DNA of 64,000 bases, taken from Candidatus Binatia bacterium. Lineage in GTDB: Bacteria; Desulfobacterota; Binatia; HRBIN30. Below, in pieces: positions 9,319 to 19,608 of the stretch (position 1 is the first letter of the stretch; every line of letters begins with the position of its first letter). The stretch lies in NCBI GenBank assembly GCA_038245295.1, contig JBBRSP010000006.1, forward strand, positions 128,001 through 192,000. The letters are read 5' to 3'. Both the position numbers and the translations under genes were made by a program. The notes beneath the pieces are model-generated. The model had not been told where the DNA came from. It searched no databases and was given only the letters and a program-made list of their open reading frames with translations.

Positions 9319-10665
9319 TCAGAGGCCACCCCCCTTACCACCACCACCACCACCACCACCACCGCCGCCGCCGCCGCCACTGACGGAGCATGGATTGACC
9401 AGCGGACACACGCCGACGCCGGCACTCACGCCACCGCCAGCCGTACACGCATCCTGCGTGCGATCCTGACACTCGAGCTCACCGCTCGGGCTGGGCAGGC
9501 AACACATGACGTCGGGGTTCGGCGGTAGAACCGTGGCACAGGTGTCGGCAGCACACACGCCAATGCCCTTGTTCACACCACCAGAGCCCGCGCAGTCGGC
9601 TTCGGTACGATCCTCACACTCGATCTCGCTACCGGCCGGGTTTGGCAAACAGCACATCACGGGCGGATTCGGTGGGGCGATGTCGGCACACGTGGTTGGA
9701 TCGCACGCGGCAACAATTCCGGTCTTCACCACACCACCGCCGTCGACGCAGGCCGTCGCCGAGCGATCTTCACATTCGACCTCGGTGCCGGCGGCGTTCG
9801 GAAGACAACAAATGCCGTGCCCCGTGGACGGCGGCAACACACCGCAAGGATTCGGCGAACACGCGCCAGCGCCCTTGTTGATGCCACCGAGTGTCGTGCA
9901 CTCGGCAACGGTATGCGATTCGCACGCCCAGACGTAGTACGCAGCTACACAACACTGCACGTCTTCACTCGGGTCCTGCGGAACACTCGTGGTACATGGA
10001 TTTAGATCGCAGGAGGCCGCCGCGACAAGGGAGCCGCCGCCAGCAAGACACTCGGTCTGGGTCTTGTTCGAACACTGCGGTCCAAGCTCGTTGGGGGAAC
10101 AACAAACGACGCTGATGGCCGGAGGCGGCGTCGCACCGCAGGGGTTGGGTAGACACGATGCAGCCGCAGAGACTATGCCGCCGCGCGCCGCGCATTCGTC
10201 GGTGGTCCGATCTTCGCACTTCGGACCGTGATCGTCCGGCACACAACACGCCACGTCGGTATCGTCACCCATCGTCGGCAGGTTCCCCGCCAACACCTTG
10301 TTACCGCTGGCACCGCGTAGCTCGATGGCCTGGCCGCGCGGATCGAAGCCGAGCAACAAGTCGGCGCGGCGCGGCACGCTGCTGAACTTCGCGTTGATGC
10401 GGCCGCGGCCATTGGAGTGCAAGGTTGCGACCTTGATGCCGCCGACCACCAAGTCGTAGTCGGCATCGATATCGAGTTTCTGTAGGCGAACCTGGAATGT
10501 CCCGGTCGATCCATCGCGCACGTGCACCGTGGCCTTGCCACGCGCATCCGGCGATTCGGTGGATGCTGCCAGAACCACCTTTGAGCTCAGACGCCGGGCG
10601 TGAACCGGTACCGCCAGAAGCGCGGTCAGACAAAGGATGGACAGTAGGGCGAGTCGATTCTTCAT
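9319..10665 (-). CDS. secreted cysteine-rich repeat protein with poly-Gly tail
   Basis: Signal peptide; six CC..C..C..GG..C..C repeats; 14 consecutive Gly near the C-terminus; RBS AGGAGG. Confidence 0.8.
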   Translation of the reverse strand: MKNRLALLSILCLTALLAVPVHARRLSSKVVLAASTESPDARGKATVHVRDGSTGTFQVRLQKLDIDADYDLVVGGIKVATLHSNGRGRINAKFSSVPRRADLLLGFDPRGQAIELRGASGNKVLAGNLPTMGDDTDVACCVPDDHGPKCEDRTTDECAARGGIVSAAASCLPNPCGATPPPAISVVCCSPNELGPQCSNKTQTECLAGGGSLVAAASCDLNPCTTSVPQDPSEDVQCCVAAYYVWACESHTVAECTTLGGINKGAGACSPNPCGVLPPSTGHGICCLPNAAGTEVECEDRSATACVDGGGVVKTGIVAACDPTTCADIAPPNPPVMCCLPNPAGSEIECEDRTEADCAGSGGVNKGIGVCAADTCATVLPPNPDVMCCLPSPSGELECQDRTQDACTAGGGVSAGVGVCPLVNPCSVSGGGGGGGGGGGGGGKGGGL

Positions 10666-10868
10666 GGGTTCCTCCTAGATGGCGTCTTGAGCGACGACAC
10701 AGGGGAACAGTGCAATGGCCATACCAAAGTCGATTTGGGACCGGCTACGCCATCCACGGAGTCGATTCGGGCCCCTTTGGGGCAGATGCCCCAGCGATTT
10801 GGGTTGGATGGCCCGAAGACCGCCATCGGCTCTGGTGCGCGCGGAAGGTTTCGCATAGGTAGGCGCGC

Positions 10869-12221
10869 ATGCGCATAACTGTCGTGGCCTTGCTCGCTTT
10901 GTTGACGCTTGCTGCCGGCTGTGGGGACGACGGCGAGGGAACTCCTGTCGCCGCAGGTCCGTGTGGTCCGAACCCCGCGCTCGCCAAACAACGCGACGCC
11001 TGTGAGTTCGCACCGGGTGCCCCGGCGGAACAGACCATCGGCGAGTGCACCGGGAACAAGATCCCGATCGAACACGTCGTCATCATCATGCAGGAGAACC
11101 GTTCGTTCGATCAGTACTTCGGTCACCTGCGCGGTCATGGTCAGGACGATATCGACGTGGCCCCTGCCGCCGCCACAAATCCCGACCCGTCGGGCGCCGC
11201 CGTCCCATGGCATCACGAGAGCGCCTATTGCGTCGAGGACACCGACCACGGTTGGAGCGCCAGCCATGAGCAGTGGAATAACGGCAGAAACGACGGCTTT
11301 GCCACCAGCAACGCCAGCTCGGGAGATCCCACAGGGCAACGCGCCCTCGGCTACTACGAGCAGTCGGATCTGCCATTCTACTACGACCTCGCCTCAACGT
11401 TCGCGATGTCGGATCGTTACTTCTGTTCGCTCCTCGGTCCTACCTATCCGAACCGCTACTACCTGGCGGCCGGAACGTCCTTCGGTATCGTGACCACGAG
11501 CCTTACAAAGCTCGCCCCGCGCGGTACGGCGAACATCTACCGTTCACTCAATGCCAAGGGCATCACCTGGAAGTCCTACTACGCCAGCCTACCGAGCCTG
11601 TTTCTGTTCCCGGACTTGCAGACCACGCAGAACGATCATCTCTTCCCGATCGAACAGTTCGCCAAGGACGCGGCCGACGGCACCCTGCCGCAGGTCTCCT
11701 TCGTCGAAGCCGGTTTCTCCGAGCAAGCGTTCATCGAGACCGACGAACATCCGCCGGCGGACATGCAACTCGGTCAACATTGGGTGTGGGATCAGGTGAC
11801 GGCACTGACCAAGAGCCCACTCTGGGAAAAGTCAGCGCTGTTCCTCACCTACGACGAGCATGGCGGACTCTACGATCACGTGTCGCCGCCGGCAGCTTGC
11901 GTGCCGGACGGCACTCCGCCGAAGCAAAATCCGGAGCTCGGCGGCTTTGATCGCCTCGGCTTCCGCGTGCCGCTCATCGTCGTCTCGCCATGGGCCCGCC
12001 GCCACTATGTCTCACACGAGGTCCACAGCCACACATCGATCCTGCGCTTCCTCGAAGCGAAGTTCGATCTGCCGGCGCTCACCAAACGCGACGCCAACTC
12101 CGACGCGATGCTCGATCTTTTCGACTTCGACTCGCCGCCGCGCCTGCAGGTTCCGCAGTTCGCCGAGCCACCGGTCGACGCGGCGCAACTCAATCAGTGC
12201 CGAGCGGAGTTTCCGGGCTAG
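10869..12221 (+). CDS. phospholipase C/phosphoesterase family lipoprotein
   Basis: Lipobox LAAGC; IEHVVIIMQENRSFD.YFG, GPTYPNR, DEHPP, YDEHGG.YDHV and GFRVP motifs. Confidence 0.9.
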   Translation: MRITVVALLALLTLAAGCGDDGEGTPVAAGPCGPNPALAKQRDACEFAPGAPAEQTIGECTGNKIPIEHVVIIMQENRSFDQYFGHLRGHGQDDIDVAPAAATNPDPSGAAVPWHHESAYCVEDTDHGWSASHEQWNNGRNDGFATSNASSGDPTGQRALGYYEQSDLPFYYDLASTFAMSDRYFCSLLGPTYPNRYYLAAGTSFGIVTTSLTKLAPRGTANIYRSLNAKGITWKSYYASLPSLFLFPDLQTTQNDHLFPIEQFAKDAADGTLPQVSFVEAGFSEQAFIETDEHPPADMQLGQHWVWDQVTALTKSPLWEKSALFLTYDEHGGLYDHVSPPAACVPDGTPPKQNPELGGFDRLGFRVPLIVVSPWARRHYVSHEVHSHTSILRFLEAKFDLPALTKRDANSDAMLDLFDFDSPPRLQVPQFAEPPVDAAQLNQCRAEFPG

Positions 12222-12233
12222 CGGCTGACTGTA

Positions 12234-12293
12234 CCGCAGGACTGCGCCTACCGCGCTGAATACGGGGCGGTAGGCGCAGGCTTCAGCCTGCGG
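12234..12293. repeat. GTAG-type REP doublet
   Basis: CTGCGCCTACCGC ... GCGGTAGGCGCAGGCTTCAGCCTGCGG between convergent genes; same unit as 36421-36495. Confidence 0.7.
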
Positions 12294-12315
12294 CGTGTGA
12301 TGAGTCTCCGCCGAA

Positions 12316-15300
12316 TCAAACCACCTGCACCTCACGCTGCTCGAACAAGTGATCGAGCCATAACGACGTGAGCTTCTCCGCCGCCGAGTTCTGCCGCAGC
12401 CGCTCGTGCAGGAATCGGAAGTCGACGCTGTCGAGCAGTTGGTCCTGATTGGCGCAGCTGAAGACGAGTTGCTCCTTGCCGGTTGCCGGGTCGACCTGCC
12501 GCTGCAGACATTGTGAGCAAACTTCCTTCAGCATGCATTGCATCGGCGAGTTGATGGAACCGATGGCGACATGTTCGGTCTTCAGAAGATCGCTCAGCAC
12601 TGCGTGACGGGCCAGCCGCACCGCGTCCATCATCCGATCCGAGCCGATGCAAATGACACGTTGCACTTCCTGCAACCGCAGCGGCTGATCGCCGAGTTTT
12701 CCGTGCCCATAGGCTTCCATCGCCTGCACGATGTTCATGACGACACTGCGGTCCTGCGGCCGATGCGTCTCGATCGGCTGCCCTTCGTCGACGCTCCAAA
12801 CGACGATGTCGCACGCATCCTCAATGGCGCGGCGCTTGACCAGATCACCGGCGCGTTTGTAACCGGCGAAATAGATGACATGGTTGTTGTTGGCCTTCAT
12901 CGCCGCGGCAATGGAGAACAACACCGCATTGCCTAGCCCGCCGCCGGCCAACAGAACCGTTTCGCCTTGCGGGATCTCGGTCGGCACACCGGTCGGCCCC
13001 ATCAACACGATTTCCTCGCCCGGCTCCAGCATTGAGCACAAACGCGACGAGCCGCCCATTTCGAGAACGATGAGCGAGATGAGACCGCGTTCCTTGTCGG
13101 TCCACGCCCCCGTCAGCGCCAGCCCTTCCATCGTCAAGCGGATGCCTTCGACGACATCCGCCGCACCTTCGTAATTCTGCACGCGATAGAACTGGCCGGG
13201 TTGGAAATTGCGCGTCGCCATCGGCGCCCGCACGATGACTTCGACGATGCGATCGGCCAGACGAATCGCGTCGACCACGACGGCGCGTAGGCCGTCGTCG
13301 AGCACTTCGGCAAAACGCACCCAGGCGTTCTCGCGCTCGGCTTGCTCAGCCAGGTCCTGCTGCGCTACTTCCTTTTCGAAGAGACGGGCGATCTCCGGGT
13401 AGCCCCAGCGCGCCGACGCCATGGCTTTGACGACGTTGCCGGCGAACACCGGATGGGCATCACCGTAAAACGTCACGAAGCGGCCACTGCGCTCATAAGA
13501 GGTAAAGAAGCCGACGCCGTCGCCGCTGACCGGCTGTAAGCGCCTCTCCCCGTCGGCCGTTTCCTCGACGACGTGCATCGCGAAACACGAGCGCTTCTGA
13601 TCGAGGACAAACGTGCCAGGATGTTCCTTCTCGTAGACAACGTTGGGGCTGGTCCCCGCTGCAACCACCACAGCGCGCGCCGGCAGATCGACAATCTCGC
13701 CGGTATCGCGCCACTTGCCGTCGGCAACCGCCTGGCGTGTACAGCGCACGGTTTCGATGTGGCCGTTGTCGTCCAACACACAGGCGTTCGGACTCATACA
13801 CTCGACGAAGCCGATGCCTTCCTCGAGAGCCTTGATGACCTCTTCGTGATTGAGCCGGTATGCCGGCGAGTCTTGCAAACGTTTGCGATACGCAATCGTC
13901 ACGCCGCCCCACGAACGCACGAGACGCGCGAAGTCGGGCGAACGGCCGGCGGCGTTGGCGGCCGCACGCTCGGCTTGCACGAGACGCCCATGATCGAGCC
14001 AGGTGCGAATCGCCTTGGCTTCCTCGGCGTCGAGCTTGGCCCAGATCGCGTCCTCGCCGATGCGGCGTTTGAGACGCTCGAAGCGCTCCAGCGTCTTCTC
14101 AACCTCAACGACGTAGTAGGCCTGCAACTCGGTGGCCGTGTCGATCGCTGTCAAGCCGCCGCCGATGACGATCGCCGGCAACTCGATCTGCAGGTTGGTG
14201 AGCGAGTTCTTGCGGTAGGCGCCCTGCCCTTGCAGCGCCATGAGGAAGTCCGACGCCATCCGCATGCCACGGGCCAGATTGTTCTGCATCGGCACGATGG
14301 TCGGGCGACCGGCACCCGCCGTGATGGCAACGTGATCGAAGCCGAAATGCCAGGCGTCCTCAACACCGATGGTGCCGCCAAAACGTACGCCGTCGAGCAA
14401 CCGGAATTTCTTACGGCGCATCAGCAGGATGTAATTGATGTCGAGGAAGTTCTTGTCCCAACGTACCGTGATGCCGTACTCGGCGACACCACCGAAGCCG
14501 AGCGTCGGTCGTTGCGACAGCGGGCCAACGATATCTTCGACGTCACGGATCGGCCGCGGCACGCGCCGTTTGGCGCCGCGTAGGTGGGGCGCCAGTGGCT
14601 CGACCTTCAAACCTTCGATGCCGACGACACCGAAGCCTTCGTTCAACAGATGCTGCGCCAGCGTGTAGCCGGCCGGCCCCATACCGGCGATCAGGACGTT
14701 CTTGCCGTTGTAGCGCAGCGGATACGGACGCCGCGCGTTGATCGGGTTCCAGCGCGTAAGCAGCGAAACGATCTCAAAGCCATACGGGAGATGCAGTACT
14801 TCGGTCAGAATCCCGGTCTCGATTTGCGGGATGTTCACCGGCTCCTGCTTCTGGAAGATGCACGACTTCATGCAATCGTTGCAGATGCGATGGCCCGTGC
14901 CGGCCAGCATCGGGTTGTCGATCATGATCATCGCCAGCGCGCCGATCGGATGCCCCTCGCGGTAGAGTTGGATCATCTCGGAGATCTTTTCGTCGAGCGG
15001 GCAACCATTGAGCTTGATGCCGAGCGGGTTCTTCTGCACCTCGCCGCTCTTGTCGTGCAGTCCTGTCGAGCACGAATCCTTGGCGCGGTCGTGACACGTT
15101 AAGCAATAATGCGACTCGCGCAGATTCTCGCGCCGCCCGTTGCGCGGATCGGTGAGATCGAAGCCGTCGCGGTGACGACGATGCTCCGGCGGCCCCATGA
15201 ACAGCTCGGGAAGATCAGGACGCGGCCGCACCCGCGGCACCAGTTCGTCGAAGTCGAGCTTCTGCGGCACTTGAAAACAGGCCAGCTTCTTGCGCCGATC

Positions 15301-15939
15301 GGCGAGCGCCGGGTGAAAGCCGAGCACACGCACCCAGGCTTCGACGGTTGCGAGCTGCGCGAGGGCTGCGGGTAGGTCTGCCGAGTCGGCGTTGCTCGCG
15401 GTGCGTTGCTGCAGCAGGGTCGTCACCGTCGCCAGTTCGCGTTCCGGATCACCGATGAGCGCCGCATCGGGCATCACAGCGTCGACAACCTGGCGGTAGC
15501 TGAACTCAACTTCGACCGGATCCATGCGCGCGACTTCCGCGGCAAGCGGTGGCGCCTTGAGGATGCGGCGCTCGATGAAGTTGCGCTTCCACTCGAAGAC
15601 GACCTCGTCGCCGCGCACCTTGGCGCACAACTCGGCATACTCCGACTCGATATGAAACAGGCGCGCGATGAAGTCGCTGAGATACGGCGACACCTTGAGG
15701 AGAACTTCCGATGCTTGCAGCGCCGGCCAGCCCTCTCCCTTCTCACCGCGCAAGCGCGCGAAATCATCGGCGAGCGCCGGATCGGCGGCGCGCAGCTCGG
15801 AGAGGAAGGCGCTGTCGAGTGCTTCGAGACGACGCACACGATTGAGATCGGCGAATTTGAAGCCGGGAACACCGAGCTGGAGATTCCAGGCGCGTGCTTC
15901 TTGGCGCGGATGATTGTCGGGCAAATGCGTCAGGGCCAT
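12316..15939 (-). CDS. fused FAD-dependent oxidoreductase (GltD/NfnB-like N-terminus plus FNR/PyrK/NfnA-like C-terminus)
   Basis: CLTCH..C..GCP and RICNDC..SC Fe-S motifs; GMGPAG and GGGLTAIDT dinucleotide motifs; FQPGQF, GGGLG and MQCMLKEVCSQC..C [2Fe-2S] motif. Confidence 0.85.
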   Translation of the reverse strand: MALTHLPDNHPRQEARAWNLQLGVPGFKFADLNRVRRLEALDSAFLSELRAADPALADDFARLRGEKGEGWPALQASEVLLKVSPYLSDFIARLFHIESEYAELCAKVRGDEVVFEWKRNFIERRILKAPPLAAEVARMDPVEVEFSYRQVVDAVMPDAALIGDPERELATVTTLLQQRTASNADSADLPAALAQLATVEAWVRVLGFHPALADRRKKLACFQVPQKLDFDELVPRVRPRPDLPELFMGPPEHRRHRDGFDLTDPRNGRRENLRESHYCLTCHDRAKDSCSTGLHDKSGEVQKNPLGIKLNGCPLDEKISEMIQLYREGHPIGALAMIMIDNPMLAGTGHRICNDCMKSCIFQKQEPVNIPQIETGILTEVLHLPYGFEIVSLLTRWNPINARRPYPLRYNGKNVLIAGMGPAGYTLAQHLLNEGFGVVGIEGLKVEPLAPHLRGAKRRVPRPIRDVEDIVGPLSQRPTLGFGGVAEYGITVRWDKNFLDINYILLMRRKKFRLLDGVRFGGTIGVEDAWHFGFDHVAITAGAGRPTIVPMQNNLARGMRMASDFLMALQGQGAYRKNSLTNLQIELPAIVIGGGLTAIDTATELQAYYVVEVEKTLERFERLKRRIGEDAIWAKLDAEEAKAIRTWLDHGRLVQAERAAANAAGRSPDFARLVRSWGGVTIAYRKRLQDSPAYRLNHEEVIKALEEGIGFVECMSPNACVLDDNGHIETVRCTRQAVADGKWRDTGEIVDLPARAVVVAAGTSPNVVYEKEHPGTFVLDQKRSCFAMHVVEETADGERRLQPVSGDGVGFFTSYERSGRFVTFYGDAHPVFAGNVVKAMASARWGYPEIARLFEKEVAQQDLAEQAERENAWVRFAEVLDDGLRAVVVDAIRLADRIVEVIVRAPMATRNFQPGQFYRVQNYEGAADVVEGIRLTMEGLALTGAWTDKERGLISLIVLEMGGSSRLCSMLEPGEEIVLMGPTGVPTEIPQGETVLLAGGGLGNAVLFSIAAAMKANNNHVIYFAGYKRAGDLVKRRAIEDACDIVVWSVDEGQPIETHRPQDRSVVMNIVQAMEAYGHGKLGDQPLRLQEVQRVICIGSDRMMDAVRLARHAVLSDLLKTEHVAIGSINSPMQCMLKEVCSQCLQRQVDPATGKEQLVFSCANQDQLLDSVDFRFLHERLRQNSAAEKLTSLWLDHLFEQREVQVV

Positions 15940-16182
15940 GCGACCACCTCAGCCGCCAATCGTGCCCCAAAGCCCTCCACCGCGCTAGGTGCGGCGTGGC
16001 TAATGCTGCGTGTGTGCGCCGGTTATCGCGGTCTCTCTGCTTTTGTTGCGGGCCGGTTGGGTCGCGGCGGCCGAGTCGGGCGGGGCGCTGCACGTAAACT
16101 TCGGCGATCAACCGACGCTCAGTTCGCCGCAGCCTGAAGCCTGCGGGGGTGGTCCAACGCGAATTGTCCTCACCGGACAAAA

Positions 16183-16254
16183 ATGACGCGAACGTCATAA
16201 TTTGATTGACCCAAGATTGGCAGGCGCGTAGAGAATGTGACGCACACGTCATAT
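16183..16254 (+). promoter_or_regulatory. two palindromic operators flanking a sigma70-like promoter
   Basis: TGACG-CGAA-CGTCA (16184-16197) and TGACG-CACA-CGTCA (16238-16251) around TTGACC (16206-16211). Confidence 0.65.
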
Positions 16255-16276
16255 TTCAAACAAGGAGACCGCCGCC

Positions 16277-17488
16277 ATGGGACTCACCGAAATCGACATC
16301 GACCTGGGCGAAGAAGAACGTTCGATCCAAGCGACGGTCCACCAGTTCGCGGCGGACGTCATGCGACCCGCCGGGCGTCAGCTCGACCGCATGGCGAATC
16401 CCGCCGACGTTACCGCGCGCAGCTCGGTCTTGTGGGACGTCTTCGAAAAGTATCGCGGCCTCGGACTCGAGGCGCTCAACACCGACCCGGCTCTCGCCGG
16501 CACAGCGAAGCTGGCACGCATTCACGCGCTGGTGCAGGAAGAGCTCGGCTGGGGTGATGCCGGCCTCGCCATCAGCCTGGCGGTCACCGGCTTTCCGGCG
16601 ATGTTCGCGCGCCTGGTTGGTCGACCGGAACTGATCGAACGCTTCGCGGCGCCCGGTAGTCGCGAGATCGGCTGCTGGGCGATCACCGAGCCCAACCACG
16701 GCAGCGATGTGCTCGGCTTCAATCAGTCGTTCTTCACCGACACCAAGATCCACGCCGACTGCATCGCCACCAAAGACGGCGACGACTACGTGATCCGCGG
16801 CCAGAAGGCGGCCTGGGTTTCGAACGGCACCATCGCCACGGTGGCTGCGTTGTTCTGCAACCTCGATCCGGCGCACGGCCTGCGCGACGGCGGCGTCGCC
16901 CTGGTTCCACTCGGCTTACCCGGCGTCTCACGTGGTGCGCCGCTCGACAAGCTCGGCCAACGCGCCCTCAACCAGGGTGAGATCTTCTTCGACGATGTAC
17001 GGATCCCGGCGAGTTACATGATCATCGGCGCCGAGGCCTATCAGATGGTGGTCGAGATGGTTCTAACGATGGCCAACGCGCACATGGGTGTCACCTTCGT
17101 CGGCGTCGCGCGCGCCGCCTTCGAACACGCCCTCGCCTACGCGCACGAACGGGTACAGGGCGGCGCGCCGATCGCCCGCCACCAGGCGGTGAAGATGAAG
17201 CTGTTCCGCATGTTCCAGCAGACCGAGGCGGCGCGATCCCTGGCGCGACGCGTCTTCCTCTACAACGCCACCCAGAGTCCGCCGCTTCTCGAATACTCGA
17301 TCGCCTCGAAGACGTTCTGCACGCAGACCGCCTTCGATGTAGCCAACACCGCCGTGCAGGTCTTCGGCGGCAACGGCCTGAGCCGCGAATACCCGGTCGA
17401 GAAGCTGCTGCGCGACGCGCGCGCCTCGCTCATCGAAGATGGCTGCAACGACATGCTGTCGCTGGTCGGCGCCGACAAGCTGCATTGA
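16277..17488 (+). CDS. acyl-CoA dehydrogenase family protein
   Basis: AITEP..GSD, G.K.WVSNG, KLGQR and Q.FGG.G..EYPVEKLLRDA motifs. Confidence 0.93.
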   Translation: MGLTEIDIDLGEEERSIQATVHQFAADVMRPAGRQLDRMANPADVTARSSVLWDVFEKYRGLGLEALNTDPALAGTAKLARIHALVQEELGWGDAGLAISLAVTGFPAMFARLVGRPELIERFAAPGSREIGCWAITEPNHGSDVLGFNQSFFTDTKIHADCIATKDGDDYVIRGQKAAWVSNGTIATVAALFCNLDPAHGLRDGGVALVPLGLPGVSRGAPLDKLGQRALNQGEIFFDDVRIPASYMIIGAEAYQMVVEMVLTMANAHMGVTFVGVARAAFEHALAYAHERVQGGAPIARHQAVKMKLFRMFQQTEAARSLARRVFLYNATQSPPLLEYSIASKTFCTQTAFDVANTAVQVFGGNGLSREYPVEKLLRDARASLIEDGCNDMLSLVGADKLH

Positions 17489-17545
17489 TCGCCCCGCCAT
17501 GCATCGTGCCGCGATGCTCCGCCGGGTTTGAAGGGAGAAGCTGCC

Positions 17546-18334
17546 ATGGAATTGAGAGAAGTCATCGGTCGCCGCCGTTCGATCCGTTTCCTATTGCCGT
17601 ACAAGCCCGTCGAGCCGGAGAAGATCCAGCGCATGCTCGAGGCGGCGCGCATCGCCTCACACTGGGGCAACGTGCAGAGCCTGCGCGCCCTCGTCGTGTT
17701 CCGCGACAGGGCGCCAGCCGCCACACTCGACGCTCTGCAAGCGCCGATTGCCGGCTTTCAGATCCGTTTGGCCCCGGTAGTCATCGTCTGGTACGTCGAA
17801 ACCGCCGCCGTCGATGAGCAATCCGACCGTCTGCGCGAGTTGCTCAAGGCCGGCGCCCTCGGCTTCGGCGCCGACAAGGAGAAGGCGCTCGAGACGCAGC
17901 TCATCCCGATCTTCGAAAGCATCCGCGAGACTCTCAAGCAGCCCGGTCTCAACGAAGTCGACTGCGGTCAGGGTATCGCGCAAGCGACGCTGATGGCGTT
18001 CGAGCAGGGTCTGGGGACCTGCTGCCTCGGCACGCCGTACGGCGACACGATTCGCCAGGGGCTCGGCATTCCCGACACCTGCCGCGTCTTGCTGCTGCAG
18101 ACCGTTGGTTATCCGGCTGAAAGCCCCGAGGCCGGCGGCCAACGCCCGCGCCAACCGTTCGAGAAAATCTTTCAGATGAACACCTACGACACACCCTTCC
18201 CGCGCGCCGCCGACGTCGTCGCCGAGCTCGAGGAGGACAACCTGCTGCAAGCGGCAGCGCCGCTGGCATGGCGCGAGGCCGAGCTCGAGTATCTGCGCAC
18301 CGCTCTCGGCATCAAGGGGCACGGGTTGCTGTGA
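17546..18334 (+). CDS. nitroreductase family protein
   Basis: RRRSIRF, A..A...GN.Q, A.EQGLGTC and VGYP motifs. Confidence 0.88.
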   Translation: MELREVIGRRRSIRFLLPYKPVEPEKIQRMLEAARIASHWGNVQSLRALVVFRDRAPAATLDALQAPIAGFQIRLAPVVIVWYVETAAVDEQSDRLRELLKAGALGFGADKEKALETQLIPIFESIRETLKQPGLNEVDCGQGIAQATLMAFEQGLGTCCLGTPYGDTIRQGLGIPDTCRVLLLQTVGYPAESPEAGGQRPRQPFEKIFQMNTYDTPFPRAADVVAELEEDNLLQAAAPLAWREAELEYLRTALGIKGHGLL

Positions 18335-18362
18335 GCCCGCGAGGATCGAGGAGGAACCTACC

Positions 18363-19595
18363 ATGAAACAAAGCGCCATCGTCGCCGGAGTCGGCATGAC
18401 CCACTTCGGCAAACATCTGGAGCTCGGGCTCAAGGCCATTGGCGCCGAAGCCGTCCGCCTCGCGGTCGCCGATGCCGGCATCACCCTGGACGACATCGAG
18501 ATGGCCTACGTCGGCAATGCCGCGGCAGGTCTCGTCACCGGCCAGGAGTGTATTCGCGGCCAGGTCATCCTGCGCAGCCTCGGCCTCGGCAAGATTCCCG
18601 TCGTCAATGTCGAGAACGCCTGCGCCAGCGGCTCAACCGCCTTCCATCAAGCGGCGGCGATGATCACTGCCGGCGCCTGCGACGTGGCGCTCGCCCTCGG
18701 CGTCGAGAAACTCTACAGCGAAGATCGCCGCAAGAGCTTCGCCGCCTTCTCCGGCGCCGTCGACGTCGAGTTCATGCAGGCAATCATGGAAAGCTTGCAG
18801 AACAACGCCGGGGCCAGCGGCGCTAGCGCCGGCGCTTCGGGAGCCGGCGAGAAGCGCTCGATGTTCATGGACATCTATGCCGCCGTCGCGCGCTCGCACA
18901 TGCAACGTTACGGTACCACCGTCGAGCAGTTCGCCATGGTATCGGCGAAGAACTCCTTTCACGGCAGCATGAACCCGCGCGCCCAGTTCCGCGAGGCGCT
19001 CACCGTCGAACAGGTCTTGGCATCGCCCATGATCGCCGAGCCGCTGACGCGGCCGATGTGCTCGCCGATCGGCGACGGCGCCGCCGCCGTCATTCTGGTG
19101 AGTACCAAGAAGGCACGCGAGCTCGGCATCACCAAGCCCGTTCACGTCGTGTCGACCGTGCTCGTCTCCGGTTGGGATCACGCCCCCGACGACGATGGCG
19201 CCGGCGAAGTCAGCTCGCGACAAGCCTATGACGAAGCCGGCGTCGGTCCGGCCGACCTCAATGTCGTCGAGTTACACGATGCCTCCGCCCCCGGAGAGAT
19301 TCTGGCCTACGAGTATCTCGGCCTGTGCCCCAAGGGGGAAGGCGGCCGGCTGGTCCAGGACGGCGCTACCAAACTCGGCGGCCGCCAGCCGGTCAACACC
19401 TCCGGCGGCCTGCTGCGCAAGGGACATCCGGTCGGCGCCACCGGCGTCGCCCAGATCGTCGAACTCACCGAACAATTGCAGGGACGCTCCGGACCACGCC
19501 AGGTGCAAGGTGCGCGTGTCGGCCTGGCGCAAAATGGCGGCGGCAATATCGGCCTCGATGTCGCCGCCATGTGTGTTTCGGTTCTCCAGATCTGA
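18363..19595 (+). CDS. thiolase family protein (SCP-x type)
   Basis: NACASG, DGAAA, ELHDA and NTSGGLL.KGHP.GATG motifs. Confidence 0.92.
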   Translation: MKQSAIVAGVGMTHFGKHLELGLKAIGAEAVRLAVADAGITLDDIEMAYVGNAAAGLVTGQECIRGQVILRSLGLGKIPVVNVENACASGSTAFHQAAAMITAGACDVALALGVEKLYSEDRRKSFAAFSGAVDVEFMQAIMESLQNNAGASGASAGASGAGEKRSMFMDIYAAVARSHMQRYGTTVEQFAMVSAKNSFHGSMNPRAQFREALTVEQVLASPMIAEPLTRPMCSPIGDGAAAVILVSTKKARELGITKPVHVVSTVLVSGWDHAPDDDGAGEVSSRQAYDEAGVGPADLNVVELHDASAPGEILAYEYLGLCPKGEGGRLVQDGATKLGGRQPVNTSGGLLRKGHPVGATGVAQIVELTEQLQGRSGPRQVQGARVGLAQNGGGNIGLDVAAMCVSVLQI

Positions 19596-19608
19596 CGAGG
19601 AGACAAAC

